Part shown: in pieces, positions 23,401-35,225 of the stretch
How positions within the stretch are numbered: the stretch's first letter is position 1
How the letters are laid out: every line of letters begins with the position of its first letter
Source of the DNA: Amoebophrya sp. A120
Lineage: Eukaryota; Protista; Dinoflagellata
Length of the DNA: 64,000 bases
Assembly: GCA_905178155.1 (NCBI GenBank)
Contig: CAJINV010000014.1
Span: forward strand, 2,077,888 to 2,141,887
Direction: 5' to 3'
Translations under genes and position numbers: made by a program
Notes under the pieces: generated by a model
What the model was told of the DNA's origin: nothing
What the model saw: only the letters and a program-made list of their open reading frames with translations
Database searches by the model: none

Positions 23401-25835
23401 CCCCTCCCCGGGGGTCCACCGTCGGGAGACGCTGACGCACCCCCACCCCCCGTCGTAGAAACAACACGCATATCAAACGTAAAAATGTCTGGGTCTGGAA
23501 GGGTTGGAACTTGTGACGCAAACTCTGGAACACACAAAAATTTGTGTTGCATGAGCGCCAAAAGCTGTCCATTTCTTGGCACGCAAGTAGGAGATTTCTC
23601 ATGCGGGACAGGCATCATGAGGCGTGCTCAAAACCTGTGATGCTTTTGCCTGCATCAGACGCCATTTGCGTGATCTGAAATATGCATGACAAATCTCAGA
23701 ATCTTCCAGACCCAGACATTTTTACATTTGATAACGCAGGCGCGGCGGACCTGGATTGGGATTGCGGGCGGTCTATCCTGAGTAAAAACGTACCCACACC
23801 CGAGTCAGGATGGGGATTATGCAACACAAACCTCGAAGCTTTGTGAGTCACGCATGACAAGTTTCAGTCCGTAAGGTAGTGCAAGTTAGCAAGGAAAGCC
23901 GCATCACAAATCGACCTTCTGATCCTGTTTACAGCATTACAAGTTCCCAAACACGATTGAAAACGCCTGTCATGGGGTTGCGCATCACAAATGTTCCTGT
24001 CATGGCAAATCTGCATGACAACTCTGGGGTGGGTACGTTTTTACTCAGGATACGGTCAGCAGCTGCTTCGTGCTGCTACTCGGCGCCACTGTAGGGACCG
24101 TCAGGAAGGTCCGCAGCGTCGTCGACGTGTTTTTACCTCTGTTGCCCGAGCCTCGGTTCGTCCGAGCTAGTGCCTGGTACTGCTGCTCATCCTGTTTCCC
24201 ATGAAACCCGGCTGGTGTAGCCTGGGGGTCATCTTCTCGTCCACGACCTGTTCCGACAAGAGTTGTTGTGCCGGGGCCATTTTCAGGCTTGGCAGTTTGT
24301 GCTACATTTGAGCGCTTCATCTTTGATGAAAAGGACGTCGATGTAGTCGCATAATCATCTGCCCGCTTACTGGTTCTACCTTTCGAACCTGCTTTCAAAT
24401 GCAAGTCCTTCTCGTTTGTTCGCTGCTTCATCGCCGTGGACCGCTTTTCCGTACTAGACGAAGGAGCTCCAGGAATGCCTTCCACGCAAGAACTCCCGAC
24501 GGAGCTGTTCACGCTCCCGGCGGTGCTGTCCATCGAGGAGCTATTTGTGTTGTTCGAATGTAGCAGAGAGCTCGAAGACGAGCTGTTCAGCAGGATTTTG
24601 CTCTCCCGCACGAAGAGTCCACAGTTCGGTGGACACTGAAAGTACCGGATGCTGTTCACGCACCCATCGTGTTTCCCCAGTGTGGTTTGCCTGTTGGAGG
24701 AGCCCAGCTGCTGGGGTGTCTTCAACGACGACGAAGACGACGTCTTGCTTGTTCTTTTCCCCTCAGCACAGCTATTCAACAGCTCGATCCCGAGCCAGAT
24801 TCCTGGCGCGAAGGAGGTCAGCCCACGGTACCGGACTATGCCCTCTTGCTTCGGAGACTGCTGGGACTGGGAGGAATTTGCCGCATTTTGTCCTCCTGTG
24901 GTCTTCAGCATTTTTGTTCCGCGGCGATCGTCTGGAGACATGGCAAGTTTCGCGGTCCTCGTCGCAGCTACCCCAGAAGAACACATGCTGCCTGATGTAA
25001 AAAGATTTCCGTTATCATTCAGCAGAATCCGGTCGCCGACCCTGTAGACACTGTTTCTCGTAGCAGAGGAGGCGCCAGTCATTTTATTTGTCGCGGAGGA
25101 TGGTGAGGTCACGGAGTGGGGTTTCAGCAGCTTGGAACAGGATGCCGTCTTCTGCCGCGGCTCAGATGCAGCACCTCCTCCAGCAGGAGGAGGAGCCTGC
25201 GTGGCTCCTTTTACCGGCCTGGTGGCACAACTAGACGAAAAATATTCAGCGTTAGGTGACGAGGCGCCCACTTTTGTCACGCCCCGTGCCTCGGGCGAGA
25301 ACGCAAATGCGGTTTTTTCCTTGGAAAAAAAGGTCGTATTGCCCTGAACAAGCGGACTACCGTCACCGATTTTCGTCGCACCTTGTTCGCTTGGACGGTT
25401 TCTCACGTTGAGCAGGTTCTGCTTTCTGCTAGTACAAGTTGTGGAGGGGGACGTCGTAACTGCTATGCCCGTATCAACATGAAGGTCGACCACATGATCT
25501 TTTATTTGCCGGGTGTCGTGATCGCCACTTGAGCGCAACCGAGATTCCGTGCTACCCGCTTGTCCTCGGCGCTGCACCAATACACTGGGTTTTCTGGTGG
25601 TCAACGACTGTAGTAGTGGTTGCGGCTCTTGCTGGAGAGCATGAAGATGTGCTGCTGGTGGGGCTCGTCCCTGGTCCTCTGAAGCCTTTTCTGCTCCTGC
25701 TCCCGGTGCTGCTGCGCTACAGGGAGCAGCGCCCTGCTCGTGCTGCGGCTCCATCTGCAGTCCCGGAGCACGGGGAGGCGGCACCGTCGTGCCTGGCGGC
25801 TGAAGGAAATTGTAGTTGTAGGGACGCATATTCAT
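11495..25835 (-). CDS. giant multi-exon protein: CAP-Gly domain + PPEF/PP7-type Ser/Thr phosphatase + EF-hands, with long low-complexity linkers
   Basis: CAP-Gly motifs GIVRYRGLTSFAPGIWLGIEL and GKHDGCVNSIRYFQCPPNCGLFV (~24600-24850). Spliced PPP motifs GDTHGQ, FNGDMVDRG, RGNHE, IIHGGL, LWADP, VRSHE, TIFSASNY. EF-hands DLNLSGSVT, DADQDGFLNEEE, DPNSTYLVE. Junctions from 25835 to 12800 are in frame; the junction at 12459-12800 is unresolved, so the 3' end is less certain. Confidence 0.75.
11539..11693. mobile_element. introner family C
   Basis: TATCCAGTGCAAAA...TTTTGCAATGCATA, DR GCTTC, in-frame removal. Confidence 0.85.
11882..12033. mobile_element. introner family C
   Basis: TATGCACTGCAAAA...TTTTGCACAGGATA, DR CAGAT. 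Confidence 0.9.
12065..12390. mobile_element. degenerate introner-like intron
   Basis: IR TATCACACGGAAACAA / TTGTGTCTGTGCGATA; DR eroded but frame is preserved. Confidence 0.6.
13263..13415. mobile_element. introner family C
   Basis: DR CACGA; IR with GCAAAAGTATCG core; in-frame removal. Confidence 0.9.
16941..17273. mobile_element. introner family A (diverged)
   Basis: TATGGGAGTGTCAGG...CAGTTCCATA, DR AAAAT; restores TIF|SASNY. Confidence 0.9.
17430..17582. mobile_element. introner family C
   Basis: DR TCGAA; restores GIS|KRG. Confidence 0.9.
17907..18176. mobile_element. introner (IR TATGAAAGTGCACA)
   Basis: Perfect 14-bp IR; imperfect DR GTTGC/TTTCC; removal restores RG|NHE. Confidence 0.9.
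18305..18612. mobile_element. introner family A, inverted relative to the other copies
   Basis: DR GCTAC; ~55-bp IR; restores PSS|TNVYFFNGD. Confidence 0.9.
18677..18823. mobile_element. introner family C
   Basis: DR TGTCG; restores GD|THG. Confidence 0.9.
19548..19855. mobile_element. introner family A
   Basis: TATGGATGTGTCAGG...CCTGACAGTTCCATA, DR TCAGG; in frame. Confidence 0.9.
20190..20375. mobile_element. introner family C-like
   Basis: IR TATTCACTGCAAAAGT; DR CTCTT/CTCCT; joins VWARLEE to EEREFLQE. Confidence 0.8.
20437..20646. mobile_element. introner-like intron with short IR
   Basis: TATCGTCAAAAAA / TTTCTTCATGATA, DR AGCTC; in frame. Confidence 0.75.
23471..23733. mobile_element. 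introner family B
   Basis: TATCAAACGTAAAAATGTCTGGGTCTGGAAG IR, DR ACGCA; in frame. Confidence 0.9.
23774..24052. mobile_element. introner (IR TATCCTGAGTAAAAACGTACCCAC)
   Basis: Perfect 24-bp IR, DR CGGTC; in frame. Confidence 0.9.
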
Positions 25836-26965
25836 TTTGTGCCTCTAAATCTCTGTAGTTTATTGTTTACACCTCCGCATTTTACAGTACATGGATTTTT
25901 TATCTTAGTTCTAAAATTATTCACCTTGATGTTGCAGCAACAACCGCGTCCGAGCATGACAACATCGGTGGATTTCTTTCTGCCAATAGAACCTCACACA
26001 GCGACAGCCAGGCCAAGTCCTTCTAGTAGTAATTATCATTTTATTTGCTTGTTCGCCGAAATAGGAGTTGATTTTCTCAGCAGCAGCAGCACCAGCAGCT
26101 GCTGCACCAGTCATCTTCTCCATAAATCAGTCATCGCAACGCAAAAAGTTTTTACGCTTCGGTCGAGATGATCCACAACGAGGAATTAGAAAGTGATGCT
26201 GTAGTATTGATGCCAGCAGCGAGCAGGGGAGATCTCCTTCACTTGTTGTACACACAGTATCACGATGCACCGGCGCCACGGGGAACGTTCTCAATTGAAT
26301 AATTGAGTCAATTCATACGATCGGCAGCGCGGCGAGCCACACAACTAAGGAATACACGAAACAGTGATGTTGGAAGCCTTCCATACACAGCAGCTGTCGA
26401 ACAGTGTAGCACGGTGCAAAAAGGCAAAGGGCCGAGTGAGCTATTAAGTTCAGTAGCTCGTGCAGCAGTTTTTGTTCTCCTACTTTGGTACGTTAACGTT
26501 TTCCATATCGTGTATGGTTCAGAACTTTATCCGAAACAAAAAAAAGCTCAGCAACAGAAACAGCTTATCGTGTCTTGTCCCGATACTGTCCATCTTTTGC
26601 CGCCAACGCAACACGCAAATCAAGATCATCATACAGCAAAACAGTAGAATTTTCTACTACAAACTCACACACGGGCGTAGGCGTGGCAACGTAGTGGGTT
26701 TTATTTTCCTGAGCAAAAAGTGTGCGACCAATTTTTATGCAGCGGAATGCCACACAGACGCACTTTAAGGAAAGGGGTATCATCATCATGTCCGTACTGT
26801 CACTGGATAGGAACCAATCGCTCACGTCCTTGTCTTTGGATATAAGGTGATACCTACGTTAGAAGAAGGCAGATGCAAAAGTCGCCGCGTCATGATCTTC
26901 GCTACCAAGAGCATCGAAAAGGAAAAACGCAGCTGCAGTGCCGCAAAGCACTCTTTGACGACCTG

Positions 26966-29534
26966 CTACGCCATCACGGCCGCATTGTTGGACGCTGTGC
27001 CTCCTGGAATGATTTTGCTCACTAGATCTTTCGCCGAGCTTGCTGCGGAGGTCACAGCTCCTTTCGCCGCCGTCGCGGTCTCCCCGACCGCACTTCTCAC
27101 CTTACTGACGAAACCTTTCTTCTTCGCATCCGCCAGGTCATTGTCCATGTCGGCCACCCGCTGCACCATCTCTTCATAAGGCTCCTTGTAGATTTTCACC
27201 AGCCGGTCGTTTTTTCGGCGAAGCATGTCCACTTCGGCATGCAGGTCCTGCAGAGTCTCGATCGGGGCGGCCTGGTATTCTAGTGACAAAAGAACTACAA
27301 CGATGAACCACCTCCATGATATAAAAATGTAGTTATAAACGTCCTCACTCATCATGAAATTGCAGGCACGAATATGCTGAGACATCGGTCGTGGTTGCGC
27401 ATACTGTTGCATCTTGAGTCTATGTCTATCCTCGTCATAAGGGAACCGCACTACTCGTCAGATGAGAAGTGCACATATCAAATTTTTCTTCCATGATCAT
27501 TCTTGTCCTTCTTGTGCGTATGGTGCACTTCGTTGCGCGCGCGCTTCTATACCTAGTGCAGAGCCACGAAACATTGCATGGTGATTCTGTTTAAAGGTAA
27601 AGCATGAAGGTGTAGTTCGCACGTAGTTTATTTTTATTTCACCAAGCGTAGATGATTTGAATCCTGGCACAGGCACTGATTTCCGGCGTCCACGGCGTCT
27701 AAAGTGGCGTTCTGTGCGAGCGTCACCGCTTGCGAGGCCTTTGCGACCGCAAACTGCATCGCGATTGCCTGGTTTTTTTGTCAAGGTAGTTCAGTATTTC
27801 ACTCGAGTTGTATTAATTCGACGTCCATATGTTCTTCATGACGCAGAAAGAGCGCGACAATTGTGCAAAGCCAGAGCCAACATTGTTCTACTTTCATCAA
27901 GCAGGAGATGAAACCAAATCCATGAGATCATCCAAAGTTGTTCAAGTACCGCTTTCTTGATTCGACTTTGCGCTTCCTCGGACCAGTGTTCCGCGGACAT
28001 CGCGAACTCTTCGGGCGTATCAAATGCAAAAGTGTCTGGGTCTAGAAAAATACAAGTTTGTCATGCAGCTTTTCCATGACCCATAACGCCTGTAATGCAT
28101 GCCGTAGCATCGCAAATTTTTAGACGGCTTGCTGATGCCTACTCCGCATGAAAAATGCCCTCTCCGCGTAGCACAAAGTGGACTCCTCTTGCTGGTCATG
28201 CAACACAGATTTTTATTTTTTTGCAATTCAGAGATAGCGTCACAACTTGCAACCCTCCAGACCCAGACATATTTGCTCTTGATAGGGCGGTCCGTCCGGC
28301 GACCCGGTGTTCAAAAACGCGTTACTGTCCATTGCTCGTTGGTCGTTGCTCCGTATTTGCTGGTACTGGTTCCAGAGCCACACTATGGATGTGTCAGAGT
28401 TGAAATCGACAAAGTTGAAATAATTTGTCATGCATAAAACGGATGCCAGTTGGAACCCAGTTTTCAAGTGGCGCAAGACAAATTTCGGTGATCCCTAAAT
28501 CCACTTTGTCATGCTGTTTAGGCAAAGAAGAGCGAATTTCTCATGCTACTTTAGCAGCTCGAGCTGTAACCCTAAACAGGCTTACAATCGGCCTCACTTG
28601 CCTGCTCTGCAACACACGTGCCCCGGGTCATGCATTTTATGCATTACAAATTATTTCAACTTTGACGATTTCAAACCTGACGCTTCCATACACACCCGCA
28701 TCTGGTTATCCTCGATCTTGTTCAGCGACTGCATGCCCAAGACCCCCTTCAAAGCCTATCCTGTGCAAAAGTATCGTACTCGTAGTAATCGCATTCATGC
28801 ATTACAAATCTCCATCTTAACCTAAATCCGCATTACAAATTCCATTTTTCATGCTGAGGGAATTTGTCATGCGATTTATACTAGTACGATGCTTTTGCAT
28901 TTCATAAAGCCTGCGGCACGACGAAAAACGAGGTCCGCCTTCGTGTAGTTCTCGCGACTCGTATCTTCCGGCGCTGTCCCGTAGAGGCGTCCTGGTGGAT
29001 CATTGAGAGGAAGCTGGAAGTAGATGCGCTCTTCCCGTGTGCTGCTGAACTCCGTGCTGATAATTGAGAGCATGCCCCCAACGCCGGTCCTGTGTGACCT
29101 CCGCGTAATTCCCTCGTGGAACCACGCGCGCCAGGACCACGACCGCCACCGGCAGCTAGCAGTAATCCTCCTCCTGCAAAACTTTCATCTTCATTATCCC
29201 AGGGCCAGGAATAGTCCTTGGAAGATGTTGACCTCGTGGGCAATGCTGACCGCGGCAGATTGAATGCAGGTGCGCTTGAAAAAAAACAGGTCGAAGATTT
29301 ATTCGAGCGAGCGCTCAGTTGTCCTTCTGAAGGGGCCGCGCCGTGGCTGTCGCAATTCAGTCTGTATGAGCCGCCGTGTTCCTGCATGTCGTGCGATGAG
29401 AAGGCGCAACATCCTCGTCCTGCAGGCGAGCCGGTCAATGCAGGTGATCCGCCCCTTCTGACTCGAAGAGCCGTGGGACGAAACCCCTGCTCGATAAATT
29501 CTTGGATGTGTGGTGACTTCAATCCCACAGACAT
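26966..29534 (-). CDS. hypothetical multi-exon protein with coiled-coil-like C-terminus
   Basis: Removing three introners gives continuous QALKGVLGMQSLNKIEDNQMRVWLWNQYQQ...GPPEEFAMSAEHW; last exon AAPIETLQDLHAEVDMLRRKNDRL. Start and last intron uncertain. Confidence 0.6.
28018..28284. mobile_element. introner family B
   Basis: DR GGGCG; GTCTGGGTCT IR. Confidence 0.9.
28384..28690. mobile_element. introner family A
   Basis: DR CACAC; closely similar to 63085-63391. Confidence 0.9.
28757..28906. mobile_element. introner family C
   Basis: DR AAGCC; TATCCTGTGCAAAAGTATCGTACT IR. Confidence 0.9.
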
Positions 29535-31042
29535 TTTTCCTTGCAGCTGGGGTTAGGGTGCTCTGCAAAAAACCAGAATTTTTCTCAATTTGATCCAGCA
29601 GCTGGCGCCCGGACTAGGTGTTGACATTCAGAAGCTGCATTGCATTTATTTTCCGAGCTGCAGTTCTTGCACGAAGTATACGTCGCAACACGACGCTGCA
29701 CTAGCCGACTTGACGCCCTCACACCTCTCGTCGTGCGAGAGTAACGATTAGACAGCTCCTCCTATGGAGGTAACGACGATTCGCACACCTTGTATCAAGG
29801 CACGAGCAAGTCAAGCAGTATTGCTCTTTAGCACGAGAAAAACAATGAAAATGTGCATCTTGTTGTGCCCTAAGCGATAAGCTAAATCTATATGCAGCGT
29901 GAACATGTCATTTGTTGTTTTGGAAGGGATATTTTGAGCTCGTCCCGGGACCACGACGATCATCTTGGGCGAGGATCGATTCCCTGAGCGATGAATATCG
30001 TCGATATGTCCACCTCTACAAGCGGATCGAAAGGTCGTGAGCCAGCTCGCGTTGCGTCTCTCATGTCATCGACGTCTGATGTTAACTAAGAGAGACTCCA
30101 TCTTTGCATACACTATAAGTGACTACTTTCGAATTCGACGACCGGGACCGGACCACGAGGAAAATCATAATATGAACAGTTTCTCACATTTCACCAAAGG
30201 CAAGTCAACTCGTGCAGGAATTTCCTTTCTATCTCAGATATTCGGCGCCTGCTGGTAGCTCAGCGATCTTCGTCTTCGCAGTTGGAGGTTTTGTACCTGC
30301 AAGTACTACTATGCTATTCAACTCGTTTTTTGAGTAAACCACTCCGCTGCACTTGTCTGTAATTTTCACACATTCCGACGGGGCCCCCGCTGGTGATTTC
30401 TGACAAGTTGTCAACTTTTCTCACGATTCAATACAGGAATAGAGCGAGTGTCAGCAACTTGTGCGCACGATTTTTCCGGTCACTGAATCCGTTTCTAGTC
30501 CTCGTGAAAAACCACTAGCGAGGTTGTTGTCTTGCAAAACTAATACTGTTTCTGCAAAACTTCTTTCGCAGTATTTTCAGGGTGCGTCACGTTCTTACGG
30601 AAGATCGTTTCTCTTCGTCTTCATCACTTGAGCAAATGCTCACTGCTCACCACGCCCTACTAAACCATTTCTTGTTTTTGTACTTTGCGCATGTGTCGTA
30701 AAAACTGCGGGACCTTTCACCGCGTACTTAGTTGCTTGTCATCTCACCAAGTGGTCCAAGTCAATCTTTTCTGTTTCATTGTTCCCAACCGCCTGCACCT
30801 GCTACACACTGTCCGCAAGTAGATATCATAAAACCGCTACAATTATGTCGTTGTTCCTAGTCCAAACCAATCTAAAGAAGATGCCCTCTAAGAACGCACT
30901 TGATTAGACCAGAAAAACGGCCGAAGTACATGTTTGGCAGGAACACACTGGATAGGGGGGTGAAGTTAGTAAGTTGTTTTCTGGGGGAAGAACCCATATC
31001 CCCAGAATTCGGGTTTGTTTTTTCATATTTCTTTCTGCGTGT

Positions 31043-34000
31043 TCAAGCGTTTGAAAAAGCGTTTGCGTGGAGGTCCTGCCCTCTTTCAAATTTGAATGGG
31101 TTCAGATTTTCGGCTGCAGTGCCCCCATCGTCGATGTCCATCCTGCACGCACAGTGCAGCTTGGTGCGCTGGGGCACCCACCTCAAGATCCTCTCCCAGT
31201 TCAGGCGGTCGTCGTCGCTGCTGATGCCCACCGTGGTCGTCCACTCCGTCTGATTTTTGTTGGCGTCCGCTTTCTGGGAGGCTTGGGTGGGGGCGGCCGG
31301 CGGTTTCGCGACGAGCTGCGTGAGCCGCGTCCTGCACTTCTCCGGCGCGGCGCTGCATTGTCCGATAAATACTACCCCTATCTCGACGATTCCATTGAAA
31401 AATGTCCCCGTCCCACCCCCAAACAAAGACTTTCTATGTGCCTGCTGGCCGGTGGTCCGCCATCGGACGGCCCCGGAGGGGAAAATACATACGTCGCCGG
31501 GCGCCTAATATGCAAGACAAAGTTGGCCCCCAGGGAGGCGCCATGCGCCTATACAAAATCAAACCAGCTGCAAACCCGACGAGGGGCGGTCGGGGGTGTG
31601 GGGTGCAGGAACGTAGAACCAGCCCGCAGGCTTTTGCATGCATAGGAAGGTCGCCAGCTTGGGCGCAGGCACATAGAAACTGTTTTGGATTGGGGTTGCG
31701 ACGGGGACACTTCTCACTGGCATAACGTCGTCGCAGAACGTGCAAAAAACCCGCGCCAGCTCCCGCTCCGCGCGCGGCTTGACGAGGACACTGTGGGAGG
31801 ACTTGACCCGGGCAGCAACAATACCGGCGGCCGGCTCCGTTCCATTTGCAGCTGATCCAGTATTGATCGTGGGGCCCGGTTCGCGGCGCGGCGACCGCTC
31901 TCGCGTTGTGGCCGGGGCTTGTTGCGGCTGGACTGGCAGGGAGGGCTCGGAAAAGAAGATGTCGCGGTCAGTTGTTTCGAGTGGGTTCTCCTCGAGAACA
32001 AACATTTTCTCCCCCCGCCACAACTCCTCCAGGTCCTGGCGGCACTTCTTCTTCAGCCGGCCGGCAATGTCGCTGTAGGATGGGACGGCGGGTCGAAGTT
32101 GCGAAACAGGCACTGCAGAAGAGGCGGGACCGAGCAGAGTGCTGGCGGAGCTACTGCTGCTGCTGCTGCTACTGCTGCTGCCGGTGGGGGCAGTAGCACT
32201 GTCGGCGCCGCCGCGACTAAACTCATACGCCATGATGGTCACAAGCTCGCTGGTCGCGATGTGTTCGACTTCCAAAAACGTCCGGAAAGTGTGGTAGACC
32301 TCGGGCTGTTCGAAAAAAAGCACATTGTCGCGCACGAATCCGCGGTCGCAGCGCGCCGCATACCAGGTGTCGCCCAGCAGCGCGATCCGCGTGCGGCTGT
32401 TCTTGTGGTAGAACATCACCTCCCCGGACGGGGGTGCTGCTTCTTCTGCCGGGAAAATTTGGAAGCCGTATCGTTTTGAGGGATTGCTGCTGCTGCTACT
32501 GCTGCTCACGCCGCCGGGGGCCGCAAGCAGACTGCCGACCCCATTACCGATCCGGCCGCCACCGACGCTTGAAGAAGTCCCAGGAATCTCGGTCAGGCTC
32601 TGTCGCTGAACACAAACATAAAAGTCGCGCACACCGAGATACCAGTAGTACTGCCGCTGCTTTTTGTGCCAGAGCAGGATCGGACTTTGCTGTGCCAAGA
32701 CCAAGAGCTTGCCGCAGGATTTCGCGTAGGCCATGTGCTCCTCCAGGGGGGCCGAGAAGACAGTTGCTGGCGCAGGTTGCTGCTGCTGCTGAGTGAACTT
32801 CTGCTGCGGGAAGTTCGCGGCGGCGGCAAGGGCAAATGCCTGGACGAACGGCGCCGGCGACGCCGTTCCATGCAGAATCTCCTCCCGCAGGCGTGGCCAC
32901 TGCGGTAGCTGGATTTCGTCCTGCAAAATGTCCGCGCGCTGATTCCTCCTCGCCAATCCGTCAAACCGCGCCTTCAGCTCCTCGCGCTCCTCCGAACCAT
33001 TCGCGGCCAGGTCCGTTCCCCGCTCGTGCAACAAGTCGCCGTAGGTCTTGTTCATCAGGTCGCCGGAATCCCCGAGCTCACAAGGGGGGCGCGGCAGGAA
33101 CTTACTTCGCGGATAGTCATCTTTCCCTTCGCGGTCAAGTTTGTCGTGTCGGGTCGCCAAAGGAAGACGGGGGGCACCCGGTAGTATTTTTCCCTCTTGC
33201 ACTCCAATTGGAATTTCCCGGTGTGTCGCCGACAGATTCTTGACCCCCGCCCCATGAAAAGCGTCCTCCTGAAGCTTCTCGTCGCGCAAACTAGTCCGTA
33301 GGGCCCTCTGCAGGTAGGTTCTTGCTGCCGCTGGGACCGTAGACGCGCCGGCCGCTTTCGCCGCGTGCAAGTCGGAGTAAAGTTGTTGCATCACCAAAGG
33401 CGGTCGGAGCCGTTCGGGTATGCGTTCCACCGCCTTGTGCAGGTGGGAGCCGAGGGAGATGAGGTTGGCCTGAAGCTGTTGCTGGTGTTGCAGCTCCGGG
33501 TCGGTCTGCTGAAAGGCCGCAAAAGGGAGCAGTGTCGCGGATTCCCCGGCCCATACCGAGGCAGCAGAGAAGAAGTAGCACCGCAGTGCCTGCGCAAGGT
33601 CCTGCCCATCTACTTCCAGCGCGAGGGGGTTGGCCTCCTGCTTTACTACCGGCGTCTGCAACTTTTCCACGCTGCTCTGGATGAAGGACCAGTTGTTGGA
33701 TTTTTCGCTTGCCCTGCAGGAGATTTCTTGGTAGAACTCGAAGTACGGCGCCCAGGTGGTGACGGTCACGCGGATCGCCTTCGGCGTTACTCGGTTCAGA
33801 ATTTCGAGAACGTTGGCGATCTTTGTCCCCTTCTTTGCGCCCGTGGAAGCTAGCAGAAGGCGCAGCCCGTCATAGTTTTCGCCCACGTACTGCAGCATGT
33901 AGAGGATCCCACACCAACGGTATCCGGCCCCACTATATCGGGCGTTGATTACTTTCTCGCAAGCCTTGAAAGCTTCCTTGCTGCCCCCGGCGAACATGGA

Positions 34001-35225
34001 AGCCTCGTCAAAAAGCGCAAGATCCCGGCTGGCTACGCTGGCCCGCTGCTCCTGTGCGAGGCAATCCCGCAACCGCTCCAGGCCTTCGCGCAACGTCGTG
34101 ACCTGGTCCGGATTCGTTAACACATACTGTAGCTCCTTGTTCAAAAGTTTCAAGTCCCCCGAAATTGCAACGCTGTTATCGAGGCGGTGGAGTATTGGCG
34201 TCTGGATCATTAGTTTCGCAAGCTGGGATAAAAAGTAAGCCGCGCGGCGATTCCAGCTTGCTTGGTCTTGTAGGAACGTGATGGGCACGGTTGGGAGCAC
34301 GGCGCCGCCAGCAAATAACTCCCGCAAAGCGATTGGGGCGTAGCGGTTCACTTCGATCAAAAACAAATACGCCTGGCAGAGAGACGCGTAATTGTCGTCG
34401 TCGCGCTTTCGGGGTAGACCCGCGAAGGGCAGCGGCGTCCATATTTGCGTTGTTGGTGGGAGGTTGTGCGCCGTTGTCGTCGTCACGAGGTTCGGCCCTT
34501 GCAACTTTTGGAAGTTTTTCTGACTTTCGTCCGAGTTGTAACACAAACCAAGCAACTTCCCCTGGTGGTCGAGTTGCAAGCAGTCCCACTGCGCCTGGTC
34601 CACGGCATGCAAGATGCGGAGCCTGTCGGTGTTTGCGACACCGGCTGACCTGCAGACGGTCTCTGCTTTTTTGGCGACCTCGTACTCTGTCCCCTCGGCT
34701 TTTTGTTCCAGAACACTGGCGAGCCGGAGCAACTTGGTCTCGCCCCGCTGTCGCAGCTTGTATCGGTCGTATGGAGTAAGGCCTAACTTTTCAAATGCTG
34801 CGTCGTATTTCTCGTAGATGGTTGTCGTGGCACTTTCGCGCGTCTGTGGGTGGGTCGCGCGGTTTAGCTGAAATATCATCCAAGCTACCTGTTTTGAGTG
34901 TAGGCCCAAAATTGGAAAGAACAGATGACACGGCCAGGCTGTTTGAAACGAGTGCGCACGGCACGCCCCACGAACGAAGCACATCGGGATAGGCCGGGCC
35001 TGATCTAGGACAAGCCGGGCGGATGCAAAACAGAAAAAGGCCCCCCAAGAGGGCGGGGGGTCTTGAGGCTTTTGCTAATACCAGTTCCCGCCCCGAGGCG
35101 TCCGAAGCGCTCGGCGAAGGGTTTTCCAGGTTGGAGGCCGTCATTGCTTCCGCCCATATTGCCGGGGGAATGGATTTCGTCGCGGACCGCGGAAGCCATA
35201 TTTTGTTACAGTTGAGGCGCACCAT
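31043..35225 (-). CDS. divergent hAT-like DDE transposase (>1100 aa, probably with 5' and 3' introns)
   Basis: 1141-aa core ORF with LCYNSDES (putative D1), FLQDQASWN (putative D2), YRWCGILYMLQYVGENY (resembles hAT RW motif) and QEDAFH (putative E). Splicing 31384-31725 gives a C-terminal Cys cluster FCTFC..C..C. Superfamily assigned by eye. Confidence 0.65.
31388..31724. mobile_element. introner-like intron inside the transposase gene
   Basis: IR TGCCAGTGAGAAGTGTCCCCGTC / GACGGGGACATTTTTCAATGGA; eroded 5-bp DR; removal of element plus 5 nt is in frame. Confidence 0.7.

Noticed and set aside
28240-28476. Recurrent peptides such as MRHLKTGFQLAS, CKNVWVWKLVML and QKYRTRSN suggesting a protein family
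   Set aside because: They are translations of introner terminal repeats.
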